Of a stretch of DNA of 64,000 nt, positions 1-12,040 are shown piece by piece. The notes under the pieces were generated by a model. That model did not search any database. It saw nothing but the letters and a program-made list of their open reading frames with translations, and was not told the origin of the DNA. Source of the stretch: Scyliorhinus canicula (lineage: Eukaryota). The position numbers were made by a program, and so were the translations under genes. Position 1 is the stretch's first letter. Every line of letters starts with the position of its first letter. The stretch is taken from NCBI RefSeq assembly GCF_902713615.1, contig NC_052158.1, positions 12,148,546 to 12,212,545 of the forward strand, read 5' to 3'.

Positions 1-144
1 TATTGGAGTTGCAAGGCAGTATTTTTCAACTTCTGCTTCTTGTAAGTTATATATAAAAAAAAACCTTCAAAAGAAATCAAGGAAGCAAAATTGCAACGAC
101 CAATGAGAGAAAAGGATTTTCCCCACCGAGGGACAATGCAAATA

Positions 145-830
145 AAATAAATGATCTTTATTGTCACAAGTAGGCTTACATTAATGAAGTTACTGTGTGC
201 AGAAGGAACTTTAATTGGCGGATTAGTTGCCTTAATACCCTGTATTCATTTTAACCAGCTGTTTGACTATATTTCATGGAAATAGGCACTTGGCAAAGCA
301 TGATGGATATTTAGCCTTATTTTTAGTCAAGAAGTTCTGTATGAAACAGTCAGAAGGTCATACAATGTAAACAAGCATACAGCTGCACATTACTTTGCTG
401 ACAGCAGATCATTATTATTTTTCTTAGGCGAGGAACTCAAGGCCTGTTATTAAACTCTAACTCCGGTCTGCTCGCTTTTCTGTCTTTTTGCTAATCTAAA
501 GAATGCCTTTTGTCCACGATATTGCTTACTGTATCATATAAATTGCTTGCCTTACCTTTGTAAAGCGGGGACATTTGGAATGACTGTGGTCTCTCTAATC
601 CCCCCATGAACTTTGTGTTAAATAAAGGACCTTGGCGAAAACTGTGCTGACTTATAATTTCTTCAACACTGTGAAAAGCCCCTAGTTGCCACATTCCAAC
701 GCCTCGGGTACACACACATAGAGGGAGAATTCAGAATTCTCTCAGCTGGTACGGGAATTGAACCCACGCTGTTGGCCTTGTTCTGCATTACAAACCAGCT
801 GTCCAGTCCACTGAGCTGAACTAGTTCCCT
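145..830 (-). mobile_element. tRNA-derived SINE (head 2 + tail B), split by a solo LTR
   Basis: Tail ctttattgtcacaagtaggcttacattaatgaagttactgtg (145-197) resumes as ctgtgaaaagcccctag at 669; tRNA-like head with B-box-like GGTTCAATTCCC on the minus strand near 750-830. Confidence 0.75.
198..668. mobile_element. Solo LTR (471 bp)
   Basis: Starts TG, ends CA, imperfect terminal inverted repeat (TGCAGAAGGAA vs TGTTGAAGAAA), 5-bp TSD CTGTG at 193-197 and 669-673, interrupts a SINE, ATTAAA at 449-454. Confidence 0.7.
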
Positions 831-979
831 TAGCATATCCAATCCATCTAACTTGCACATCTTTTTTTTTATTAGTGTCACAAGTAGGCTTACATTAACA
901 TTGTCTCAGAATCCTTCATAGCAAATCCCCTCCGAATGTGTTATGTTTCAATAGATCACCTCTCATTCTTCTAAACTCC

Positions 980-2079
980 TGGCAGCAATTATGAAATTAG
1001 CACTTTGTTGAAAAAACCAGTGGCATCACATTCAACAAAGTGTGAATTTTTCAAGACTTTTTATAAAATTTCCCATTGATTGCAATCTGGGGTGAATCAG
1101 CAGTGCACCAGAAGAAGCAGTGCAGAAAAACTGACACCAACTTCTGGATTTGTGTGTGTGTTATTCTGCACTCGCATGGATCCAAGAAGTTGCTGTCAAG
1201 GTTCAATGCAGTTATAACAGGGAATAGAGAAAGTTTCACCATCAACATTGCAAAATCTGGGCAATAAATGTCCAAGGACAACTCATCTGTCACAGCCCAA
1301 TCGAAATGATGGTGGAAGGAGGTTCTCTCACAATTGTGAGATGAGGAGCCCATCTCACAATCACCGACCATACAAACATGCAAATTAGGAGCAGGAGTAC
1401 GCCACCCGGCTCTAAAATTCAATACGATCATGGCTGATCGGACTGTAACATCAACCTCCCCTCATTCCCCCCCCCCCCCACGCCCCGCATTCCTGCCTAC
1501 CCCTCATGACCTTTTACTGTCTTGCATATCAATAAACTATCCAGCTCGCCTCATCGGTTTTAAATGAGCGACCCCTTATTTTTAAATAGCGACCCCGAGT
1601 TCTAGATTCTCCCTGAAGAGGAAACCTCCTCTCCACATCCACCCAGTCAATATCCCTCAGGATCTTAAAAGTTTCATTCAAGTCGCCTCCTTCTCCATTC
1701 CAGTGACTACAACTTTTCCTCATAAAACCCGCACATTCCAACTGAAACCGCCTAACCTCACACAAGCTGCAGTTCAAACTGATGGGAATGTATATTTTCA
1801 AAGTGCCACTAACATAAGAGTGACTGATGCACAGCACAGATTTTCCTAAACTGTGCAGGGATTTGCCCTCCTGTCCCACATCCAGATGTATGGGATTCAT
1901 TCTGGATTTTACATCACCCAATCATGGTTGGTACCTGCACAAATGCACTGTGCTGCACTTATGAAGTCCGAGAATAACACAGTGCTCATGAACAGATACA
2001 ACCACAAGTACTGCAGCATTGGCTGGCACCACTCTCTTCCCTGCTTTGACAGGTTCATGGATGGGGAGATAGGTGTCAG
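980..2079 (+). pseudogene. Possible highly decayed piggyBac-like transposase remnant, interrupted by LINE-tail debris
   Basis: Fragmentary peptides SK*WWKEVLSQL (about 1300-1340), LTQ/LQFKL (about 1757-1785) and HC..KYCSIGWHHSLPCFDRF (about 1945-2055) occur in the order expected for the piggyBac C-terminal half; no intact ORF. Confidence 0.3.
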
Positions 2080-2093
2080 GAAAGGAGGGCTGG

Positions 2094-2326
2094 GGGCGAC
2101 ACGGTGGCACAGCGGTTAGAACTGTTGTCTCACCGTGCCAAAGACCCGGGTTGGATCTCAGCCCCGGGCCACTATCCGTGTGGAGTTTGCACATTCTCCC
2201 CGTGTCTGCATGGGTCTCACCCCCACAATCCAAAAGATGTGCAGGGTAGGTGGATTGCCACACTAAATTGCCCCTTAATTGGAAAAGAAAGAATTGAGTA
2301 CATTAAATTTGTAAAGGAAAAAAAAT
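2094..2326 (+). mobile_element. SINE (tRNA head + V-core + A-rich tail C)
   Basis: Head/V-core motif tgtggagtttgcacattctccccgtgtctgc, tail taaattgccccttaattgg then A-rich; 14-bp TSD gaaaggagggctgg at 2080-2093 and 2327-2340. Confidence 0.85.
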
Positions 2327-2729
2327 GAAAGGAGGGCTGGAGGTGTCTGACCCTCTTGCGAGGCTAAATAATTTAGGGTGCATATTATTTGGAGTCTAGA
2401 ATAAGAAACACAATCTCACTGAAACCGCAGGGTGGATACAGATATTGCTTCCGCAAGCTGGAGAGTCTATAACACAAGAGTACAATCTCAGGATAAGGGG
2501 CAGATTAGTTAGTACTAAGATGAGAAATCACTTCAGTCAAAGGATTGTGAACCTTTGGAATTCTCTGCCCCGATGGGTGTGGATACTTCATTGAATGGAT
2601 TTAATGTTGCGATAAAACAGATGTTTGGGGCCCTCTGGGAATTAAAGGATTATGGTGAGCGGGCGATGAAATGAAATTGAAGCCCCAACATGAACCATGA
2701 ATGTCGGAACAGAATCGAGGGCCTGTATA

Positions 2730-3036
2730 CAACACAGTGCAGAAAGAGGCCATCCAGCCCATCGAGTCTGAACTGACCCACCCAAGCCCCCACTTCAATC
2801 CCACCTCTCTAACCCAACAACCCCTCCTAAATGACACTAAGGGCAATTTAGCATAGCCAATCCACCTAACCTGCACGTCTTTGGACTGAGGGAGGAACCA
2901 GGAGCACCCGGAGGAAACCCATGCAGACACAGGGAGAACGTGCAGGCTCCACACAGACAGTGACCTAGCGGGGAATCGAACCTGGGACCCTGACGCTGTG
3001 AATCCACAGTGCTAACCACTATGCGACCGTGGTGCC
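2730..3036 (-). mobile_element. HE1-like SINE (tRNA head + V-core + CR1-type tail A)
   Basis: Recurrent head, V-core and tail gcagactcgatgggc...ggcctc..tctgcactgt on the minus strand. Confidence 0.8.
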
Positions 3037-3330
3037 CAAGTGTGGTCTACTCGTGCTCCCATGTCGTGTTCCTGAGCTGGTGTTCTGAGCAGAGCAGGGG
3101 GGGGGGGGGGGGGGGGGGGAGTGAAGGGGTCTGGGCAGGGTAATGGGCATGGCAGAGAGGGGGGAAAACAGACTGCTCCATGGTCTCGTTAACATCCCCC
3201 TCCTCTGAAGCACCACCTTCTCCACGACCCCCGGGGAAATAGCTCTTACTCTTCCCCCTCCCCCAGAATTGGTCACCCTGGCCTGCAGTATAACTGGTGT
3301 CCAGCAGCTGCACATGGCACTTATACATAC

Positions 3331-4050
3331 CAGCTCTTGCAATATGACCGCAGCCCGACCCACAACTACGGGTCAGTCGATCAGCAAATCCACTCCACTG
3401 TCGGCAAGGAAGGGAAAATGAGTGAGCCACAAACCGGATCCTGGCAGTCCTGCAGCCGCCCCAGCCAGCGACCAATAGAAAGACGTTTTACTCAGTGAGG
3501 AACCGCCTACCACCTGATTGACCGCTGATCTGTCCAATTGGAGCTGGAATTGCCATCCGCACCGCGGAGTAACCAATGGGGGTGGAAGGAGGCCATGGCA
3601 ACGGCGTGGCTGGTTGAGCAATGAGGAGCCGGCTTGTTGGGAGGTGGCCGGGATCGGGCTTCTCAGACCAGTTTCCAGGCTGGAGTTGGGAAATGGGCAC
3701 CGAGGAGAGGAGTTGGGCCGAACAACTGGGGTTGTGTTTCCCCGGGGGGGGACTCATAATTTAGTCCAGGTATCGTTTTAGGAACCCTGCCTTGCACACC
3801 GTCCTAGTTTCTATGTATGATGGAAGCTTTGGACAGAAACATGCTGCAGCTCAGGGAAGCCCTGGCCACTGAGATGACATCAACGCGCGCAATTGTCGGT
3901 TCCTGTCATCGTCACTGCGCGCGCGATTCTGCGCCGGCGCAGACTGCGGGGGCTTTCACCATGACGTCAGTTGAGGAGGCGATTGCGCATGAGCAATTTG
4001 AGGCAGGGGCGAAGACCACTTTAAGTGGTGCATCTCGGAACGCTTAAAGC
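3331..4050. promoter_or_regulatory. CpG-rich promoter with probable minus-strand first exon
   Basis: CpG enrichment, CCAAT boxes (about 3472, 3534, 3573), CRE TGACGTCA 3962-3969, NRF1-like TGCGCATG about 3984, minus-strand donor CTG|GTATGT at 3331/3330. Confidence 0.55.
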
Positions 4051-4209
4051 CCAGCTGCTGAGACCCCAGTGAGATCACATGTGGGCTTGGATTCTTCTGC
4101 AATCAGTCAGAAAACAGAGGACGAATTGACTTGGATTTCAATGTGTGTGTTTTTGCATTAATTTATGTCATTCAGATTGCAGGCTATCATTTCCCCTGCC
4201 TTATTTTTT

Positions 4210-4489
4210 ATAATAATCTTTATTATTGTCACAATGAAGTTACTGTGAAAAGCCCCTAGTCGCCACGCTCCGGCACCTGTTCGGGTACAAAGAGGGAGAA
4301 TTCAGAATGTCCAATTCACCGAACGGCACGTCTTTCTGGACTTGTGGGAGGAAACTGGAGCACCCGAAGGAAACCCATGCAGGCAGGGAGAGAATGTGTA
4401 CACTCTGCACAGAGAGTGACCCAAGCGGGAATCGAACCTGGGACCCTGGCGCTGTGAAGCACCAGTGCTAAGCACTATGGTACCCTGCC
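4210..4489 (-). mobile_element. SINE (head 1 + V-core + tail B)
   Basis: Same head/V-core as the HE1-like copies, but tail ...ggcgactaggggcttttcacagtaacttcattgtgacaataa(att)n. Confidence 0.8.
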
Positions 4490-4867
4490 GGAGGTTTCAG
4501 TGGCAGCTGGGCAGTTGCTCAACATTCCCCGCAGTAGTGAGGTTGCCCTGTTTATTTTATAGGAGCCCCGTGCAGTGCCTGGAGCTTGGGTAGTGCCACT
4601 TTGGTTCTTGTGAGTACTTTAGACCCTTTGTACAGAATCAGAGAATGGGCACAGCACTGAAGCAGGTCAGACAGCCCTTTGCGACCATGCCATCTCTTTG
4701 AATGTACAATACGCTTATTGCCATTCCCTTCTCCCCATAACCCTGCACATTCTTCCTTTTCCGATATCAATCTAATTCCCTCTTGATTGTGATGAGGTAG
4801 CTTACAGTCTGCAGCTATCATGTATGTTGAGGGTCTTGATGTGGACCTCAAAAGATCAGTTCCTAAA

Positions 4868-5085
4868 GGCGGCATGTGGCGCAGTGGTTAGCACTGGGAC
4901 TACGGCGCTGAGCCGGGTTCGAATCCCGGCCCTGGGTCACTGTCCGTGTAGAGTTTGCATATTCTCCCCATGTCTACATGGGTTTCACCCCCACAACCCA
5001 AAGTTGTGCAGGTTAGGGGGATTGGCCACGCTAAATTACCCCTTAATTGGAAAACAAATAATTGGGTACTCTAAAGTTAGAAAAC
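4868..5085 (+). mobile_element. SINE (tail C)
   Basis: Near-identical to the copy at 6833; tRNA head, V-core, ccttaattgg and A-rich end. Confidence 0.8.
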
Positions 5086-5296
5086 AAAAGATCTGTTTGT
5101 CTCCTATCTATGGTGAGCAACATATTGAGACTGACGAGGCTTCTGGCTGAAAATAATCCTTGAAATTTATTACCAGCAACAAATATATATACAGCTCTGC
5201 CCAGGCCTTGATCTCGCCTGAGTCCTAACAGTTACATAGGTAGATTACTTGACTGTATGCCTGACTCATAAGGTAGAAGTAAGAATTCATGTACTG

Positions 5297-5515
5297 GAGG
5301 TCAGTTGGCTCAGTTGGTTGGATGGCTGGTTCGTGATGCGGAAAGGTGCCAACAGCGCAGGTTCATTTCTTGTCCTGGTTAAGGTTATCCATGAAAGCTC
5401 TGCCTTCTCAGCTTTGCCTCTCGCCTGATGAGTGGTGACCCTCAGGTTAAATCACCTCCAGTCAGCTCTCAAAAGAGGAGCGGAGCCTATAGTTCTCGGG
5501 GACAATGGCGATTTT
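5297..5515 (+). mobile_element. SINE (head 2 + tail D)
   Basis: Head similar to that of the 145-830 copy; tail ccctcaggttaaatcacc...cagctctc also seen at about 49570-49650. Confidence 0.6.
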
Positions 5516-5735
5516 CATGATGTCTTACAGTTCTAAAGTCAAAGAGAGCACTAAATATGTCCCTAAGAAATCACAACAAGAGCGTACTTCTAACATGAAG
5601 TCTGTACCTTTTATCCTCCAGCTTTACACATTGCGATGCCATTGTGATGTCACTCTTCAGCTTCTTAAAGGTACAAGTCATTGTCCTAATTCATATCTAT
5701 CCAATATCACAACAGATTACCTTGATTGAACCTAC

Positions 5736-6010
5736 TGATATACCATCAATTCAGACATGAGCTGTAGAGTGAGTCCAAAACCTTGGCTTTAATGAGCTAG
5801 ATGTTAACCCTGCAGTCGACTTACACAGAATGACTGACTGCCAGGTGCGATGGTACTTATACCCCTCCCCGTGGGAGGAGCCACCAGCCTCTCGTCAGCC
5901 AGTTGGCAGAGAGGCACATGACCAGCCAGAGCCAATGGGCAGCGAGTCCTCTGCCCCAATAGTAGCACACCTCTTAAGGTGCTGCAAGGTCTGCTAGCCA
6001 CACCACCACA
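5736..6010 (-). mobile_element. Short solo LTR (275 bp)
   Basis: TG...CA ends, flanks CCTAC/CCTAA (5-bp TSD, one mismatch), minus-strand TATA-like GTATAAG and ATTAAA in promoter-then-polyA order. Confidence 0.55.
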
Positions 6011-6459
6011 CCTAACTCCACCACAGTCTTAGACAGCACACTCCAAATCAAACCTATATGCTGCGTGACAAGTTTCTTTGACATTCCCATTGCTTTGCAG
6101 GGGGTGAGAGGGCATGGGAGCAGGGGAGGAATTGGAGAAAACAGCTGGGTGTTGAGGCCTCAGAAACACCTAATGTACGTGGCCACAAGCACTGAGTAAC
6201 AAGTTTCATCTGCCATCTTTGCAGGAACAGGCTCAGGTTAATGGATGTCAACTTGATTCAGTGAGTAGCGAAGTGCTGCATAGCAATCTTGGTGCGGTGA
6301 CAAGAGTGGATGAGATTCAGGATCCTGTTGAACAGGAGAAAAAGATGATTAATTCATTGATTTCATTCTCAATCCGCACATTGGGGCTGGTGAATTGAAC
6401 CCATCAGAGTTGAGGGTTACAATCAACCAACAAAGATGTATGGGTACAATATCAAAATA

Positions 6460-8620
6460 TTACAACAAATCCTGAATCAAAAACACAAACTAAAATTTAA
6501 ATACTAGAACTAAACCCCCGAACAGCTGACGGTGTCGAGATCCTTAAAAAAGGAAATAAGTGGTTGCCATCTTGCCTCACAGGCCCCCTGATCATATATT
6601 AAACTCTTTCTTAGTATAGGAATGTCATTAAATCACCCAGCCAGACAGAAGGGAGACCTCCAGCTAAGCAACATTTGCCTTCAGGCCAACAGCGAGGCAA
6701 AGAAGACAACATCCACCCCTACTCCAGAGTGAAATGCCGGTGGCTCTCCAACCCAAAATATGGATACCAATGGACATGGCTCTTGGACCACCCAAAGAAT
6801 CTCCAATATAGTGTTAAAAAAGAAATCCTAGTGGCGGCATGTGGCGCAGTGGTTAGCACTGGGACTACGGCACTGAGGACGCGGGTTTGAATCCCGGCCC
6901 TGGGTCACTGTCTGTGTAGAGTTTGCACATTCTCCCCATGTCTGCATGGGTTTCACTCCCACAACCCAAAGATGTGCATGTTAGGTGGATTGACCAGGCT
7001 AAATTGCCCCTTAATTGGGAAAAAAATAATAATTGTGTAGTCTAAATATATTTTAAAAAAGGAAACCCAGAAGCGGGAAAGTTTGGGGCAAGACCAAAAC
7101 ATTTGTGTGTGGCTAGCTGTGGCAAGCGAACAGCGATCGCACTTCTCCTCCACATTTGAGAAAAATCTACTCATCCTTGCCTTGATCAAGTGCGTCCTGT
7201 GTAATACTTTGAACTCAACCGGCCACAGTTGAGTACTCATCAGTAAGCAAGGGACCCAACTCCCTCTCCCATCTCGCCCTCACCCCATCCAATGGGCCAG
7301 AATCTAGCGAGAAAATAGAGCCATATAAGTCTGAGATAGGTTGAGCCAAGGATAAAATCTTCTTCAGCAAGGAGAACGGCAGGGGCCAAAGGAAAGAAAG
7401 GAAAACCTTTATGGGAAATGTCACAAATCTGAAACTGATGAAAGAAGCTAGAATTGGGTAACTGAAATTTGTCAGCCATCTCTCTAAAACTGGCAAACTC
7501 CTGTCTACAAATAGGTCCCTAAAATACTCAAGTCCCGTTGCCTTCCAAGATTTAAATGAAGGGTCCAATCCAGAAGGTATGAAGAGGGGCTAAAGAACAC
7601 AGGGAAGAAAGCTTAAAGTGTTGTCTAAACTGTCTGATGGAGGAGATCACCTCTGGATTTGAGGAAAATTTAGCAGTAGAGAAGGGCAGTGGTGCAGTAA
7701 TTATGTCATGAAGAGTAGAGGTAGCATATGAGAAAGCCTCCACTTTGCCCCAAATCGTGTCAGGGTCACTAATCCACTGCAATATTTTATGGATGTTCGC
7801 AGTCCAATAGTAAAACAAGCATTTGGGCGAGCCAAACCTCTGGCTCGCCTATCTCTGTGGGGCAAAAGACTGAGGATTATGTGACTCATACCTGCCCAAT
7901 TGAAAGTAGAAATCAATTTGTTAACCTTAATAATAAAGGATTTGGGCAAAAATCTTGGAAGACATTGAAAAAGAAAAACCTAGGAAGTACATTCAATACG
8001 ATTGTTTAGATCCTACCTGCCAAAGACAGAGAGATCTGCCCTGAATTTAATGATCAGGCTTGACTAGTTTAATTTATGAAGTTAAGCTCAATTATGCGTC
8101 ACCTCGACCCCCACATAATGGAAAGTGGTATTGGAAAGGTGGGAGCTAAACTGAGCTCTTCTATCTGGGAAGTTCACCACAAACACTCACTCTTGCCCAA
8201 GTTGAATTTGTAACTAGAGAAGGAACCAAATGTATTAAGTGTCTTCATTATCCTACCTATGGAGGGTGTTGGGTTTGTAATGCACAGAAGTAGGTCTGAA
8301 TGATGTGATAGCTGATGCTCCACCCCACCCCGACAAATACCCTTCCATTGATCAGAGGCCCTCAACACTATAGAGAGGCTCTATTTCCAAGGCAAGCAGA
8401 AGTGGGGAAAGAGGGCAGCCTTGTCTATAGCCCTGACCTAAGAGGAAGTAATCTGAATGTAGCGTATTCGTGCAAATGTAGGCAGTAGGGGCACTCTACA
8501 ACAGTCAAATCCAGGAGGCAAATTTACGGCTCTATCAAATGCTTTTTCAGCATCCAGAGATACCATAGCCTCAGGCTTGGGTGCTGGGGAGGAGGAAACA
8601 ATAAAGTTTTCATGTTTATA
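6460..8620 (-). mobile_element. Old, fragmented L1-clade LINE ORF2 3' half, interrupted by a SINE at 6833-7045
   Basis: ORF fragments SLDAEKAFDR, FGSFSSYKFNLGKSE, FYYWTANI, CDRCSLATASHTQMFWSCPKL. Confidence 0.8.
6833..7045 (+). mobile_element. SINE (tail C) nested in L1
   Basis: Standard head/V-core/tail C; flanked by similar aaaaaagaaatcc / aaaaaaggaaaccc. Confidence 0.8.
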
Positions 8621-9376
8621 AGGTGACAAAGTGGTTAGCACTGCTTCCTCATTCCTCATGTGCAGGCTAGGTGGATTTACCAAACTAAATTGCCCCTTGA
8701 TTGGAAAACAAAATTGGGTACTCTAAATCTATAAATAAATAAAAGGCGATGAATATTATCCGATAATTTCTCCAATTTATGGGGCTTTATTGCTCTGGAA
8801 ATTTAGATTATTCCAGTTCCCATCAATTTAATTATCTCCAAGATATTGCCAGAAGTAACCCTAAGTATCTCCAACCCTACTGGGATCCCTAATCATAAAA
8901 TCCAAACCTGAAACAATCTTAACCTCAATCCCTAACCCTCACACACAAACCTGAAACACTAGCATCACAGAATTGTGACAGTGCAGAAAGAGACCATTTG
9001 GCCCAATGTACCTGCACAGCTTACCAAACAAGCAGTAAGAATTAGTCAATAGGAAACAACATCAAATGGCTCATCTCGGTTTGAACCCATGAGCTCTCAC
9101 AACTCTCCAATTAAAATACCAAAGCAAGAAACATGCCTCTAGGCCAACCAGCAAAGCAGCTTTTAAAATGTAATTTCCATAGAATACCTACAGTGCAGAA
9201 GGAGGCCATTTGGCCCATCGGATCTGCAATGACCCCCAAAGACCACCCTACCTAGGCCCACTTCCCGCCCTATCCCTGTGCATCATCATGGCCAATCCAC
9301 ATAATCTTTGGGCACTAAAAGGAAATTTAGCATGGCCAATCAACCTGACCTGAACACCTTATTTGCACTGTGGGAG

Positions 9377-10869
9377 TGTTGTTGAAAACTCACCACTATT
9401 CTTAGAATTCCCCCTATACCAAAAAGGGGCTGACATTCTAAATAGTGAACAGGGATTCTCACTCCCTGACTCCGATGCAGGCTTCGGTGGGTGCTATTCA
9501 GGTCAAACTATATTTTCAAGTTATCCTCCGGTATAACCCATACCTTCACCGAAGATTTCATCTACTTACCACTTAGTAGCATCGATCCTGGGTCCCGCAT
9601 TGCAAAGTAAGTAAAGTAGACTTTAGGAATAAACCACTGTTTCAGGTTAAATTAAGTTATTTTATTATTATATTTTTTCTTTTAAAAGTTGCAATCACTT
9701 TCTTTACAGAAAGGTAAAAAGATCTTGCTTCTGGACCCTTCTAGTTGGTTGAAGGGACCTTCAGGCCCACCTTGACAATCAATCTTCTTTAAAGTCTGGT
9801 CTTCTTTAGATGTATTCGCTGGTTAGCTCGGTTGCTGTGCCTTGTTGATCCCATGTACTGAGCTTTGAGAGCTGACTCTACTGGCTATCTCTGAGCTGAC
9901 TCTGCCTCCTCTTTAAATTCTAGTCTTCCTTCGATGTATTAGCTGTTTTAGCTCAGCTGCTATGTCTTATCTTTCCCATGACCGAGCTGGCTGTAAGCTG
10001 ACTCTGCTTCTCTTGTTCCTTCTCTCCTTCTCTCTGAGTTCTGGTTCTGCTCTGGTCTCTGGGTTTATATTCTCTTTCTAACAGTTAAGTTTTTATGACT
10101 TTATTGTAAAGTAACTTATTTCATTTTGATTGTAAAAAGTATATTTGATCCAAACATTCTAATACAACTAAGTATTCATTTTGGGCATGGCCTCAGCCCT
10201 CAGATCTGATTACATTGTCCTTTGTGATGTTCAAAGTTCCTTTGTGATATTCAAAAATGCTTTGATTTCAAGAGGTGTTACTTTAAATTCCTGTCATTTC
10301 TATAGTTTTATTTTCCAATTGTGTCCCCAGCTCATAACTTTGACTTTGATTTTGGCTCTAAATTATGTTTCTCGTAGACAGGTTGTCTCCAATTTTCTTT
10401 AATTTACCTGATATCGGCAGAACTTCACACTTAGAATTGTCAGCAAATTCAACTGAACCTCATCCTTTCCTTTCCAGCTGTTTACTAAGATAGTTAATTT
10501 CAATGAAGGTGTGAAACATTGCTTTTAGCTGTATGCTCAAATCCACTTGGTTATTACTTGAAAGACCTGCCTGTTTTAAATATTTGACACCTAATTCAAC
10601 TGAAACCTTCATCCATGCTTTTCCAGATGCTTACTAAGATAGTTACTGTCAATGCAGGTGTGAGGCATTGTTTTTAGCTTCATACAAAAATCCTGTGTGT
10701 TTGCTAAGCCTGTTTGGGAGAAAGAATCTGCATTTTATAATCATGCTCTTTCTAGCTGCTGTTAACCCTTTGTGGGATCTTTCGCTGTATCCTCTCATGT
10801 TTCTCTCAGACAAGTTATTGCCAGACCTCCATGTTTCAAGTGACACATCTTTCCATATTTTCAATTACA
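9377..10869 (-). mobile_element. Large solo LTR (about 1.5 kb) inserted in an HE1-like SINE
   Basis: Ends TGTTGTTGAAAA ... TTTTCAATTACA (10/12 inverted match); host SINE stops at ...ctgtgggag (9376) and resumes gaggaatgcggagc (10870); internal duplications about 9783-10010 and 10447-10680; minus-strand TATAAA 10064-10069 and AATAAA 9661-9666. Confidence 0.7.
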
Positions 10870-11422
10870 GAGGAATGCGGAGCACCTGGAGGAAACCCAT
10901 GCAGACACGGGGAGAATGTGCAAACTCCACACTGAGAGTCAACCAAGTTCTGAATCAAACCCGGGTTCCTGGTGCTGTAAGGCAGCAGTGCAAACCACTG
11001 TGCTACCATGCCGCTCTATCACTGTGCCATAAGGACAGTAGATTTACTTCCCAAGTGATTAGATGGACATTTGTTTTCACCACAATTGATTATAGTTTCA
11101 TGGTCACCACTATTGAGACTGGCTTTATCCCGTGTAAAATTTGGACCCATGTCCTCAAGTCATTGGGCTGGGCCTCTAGATTACAAATCTTACCATTAAA
11201 ATTTACCCTAAATTCCACCTGTTGTAAGAGTGAAATTTGAACCATGTCCCTCAACTTGGTTCTTTGGATTTCTAGTTCTGTGAATTAACCACTACACTGC
11301 CATCTACACTACATGGTCACTCCCTGCCACCCCCTGACAAACCCTCACATAACTCGTAACCCAGGTCTAATTCTAACACCCTATCCTGAACCAGTGACAT
11401 AATCACTAACATCAATCTTTAA

Positions 11423-11548
11423 TGTGGAGATGCCGGCGTTGGACTGGGGTGAGCACAGTAAGAAGTCTTACAACACCAGGTTAAAGTCCAACAGGTTTGA
11501 TTCAAACACGAGCTTTCGGAGCGCAGCTCCTTCCTCAGGTGAATGAAT
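11423..11548 (-). mobile_element. Penelope-like element terminal fragment carrying a hammerhead motif
   Basis: TSD catcaatctttaa 11410-11422 / cattaatctttaa 11549-11561; homologous to the insertion at 12041-12194. Confidence 0.75.
11501..11547 (-). ncRNA. Minimal type I hammerhead ribozyme (HH1)
   Basis: Minus strand: cac CUGAGGA a ggag-cugcg-cucc GAAA gc U C / gug; helix I cac:gug, helix II 4 bp, palindromic AGCU helix III. Confidence 0.75.
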
Positions 11549-12040
11549 CATTAATCTTTAACACTTAACTATGGACCTAAGGTCTGCCACTAATGTACTC
11601 AGTTAAAATAATTATTGAACCAAAACATAGGAATCAGGAGCAGGAATAGGCCATTTGGCCCTTCGAGGTTGCCATTTAATACAATAATGGTTGATCTTGT
11701 TCTGGTCTCAATGCTACTTTCCTGTTTGCCCCCCCACAACCCTTGACACTCTTGTTCTGACATCAGTAAAGCATGTGTCACGTTAGTTTTTAGTATAATA
11801 TCCTCTCCTCGGTCACTGGTAAAAATGGCCGTTTTTGATCCTGAACAACACCTTCAACAAAGAACCATAATTTAATTTATGGCCAGGCCGCTGTTTTTTT
11901 CTCCCACATAACCATAAAAAATAGGAACAGGAGTAGGCCATTCAGCCAGTGATGTATCAGTCCGAGAATTAAGGGTTATGGAGGTAAGGCAGGAAAGTGG
12001 ACTTAGTGAGTGATAGATCAGCTATTATCTTATTAAATAG

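Noticed and set aside
6011-6460. Coding-like anonymous segment between a solo LTR and an old L1
   Set aside because: No recognisable motif in any frame; it cannot be assigned without a database search.
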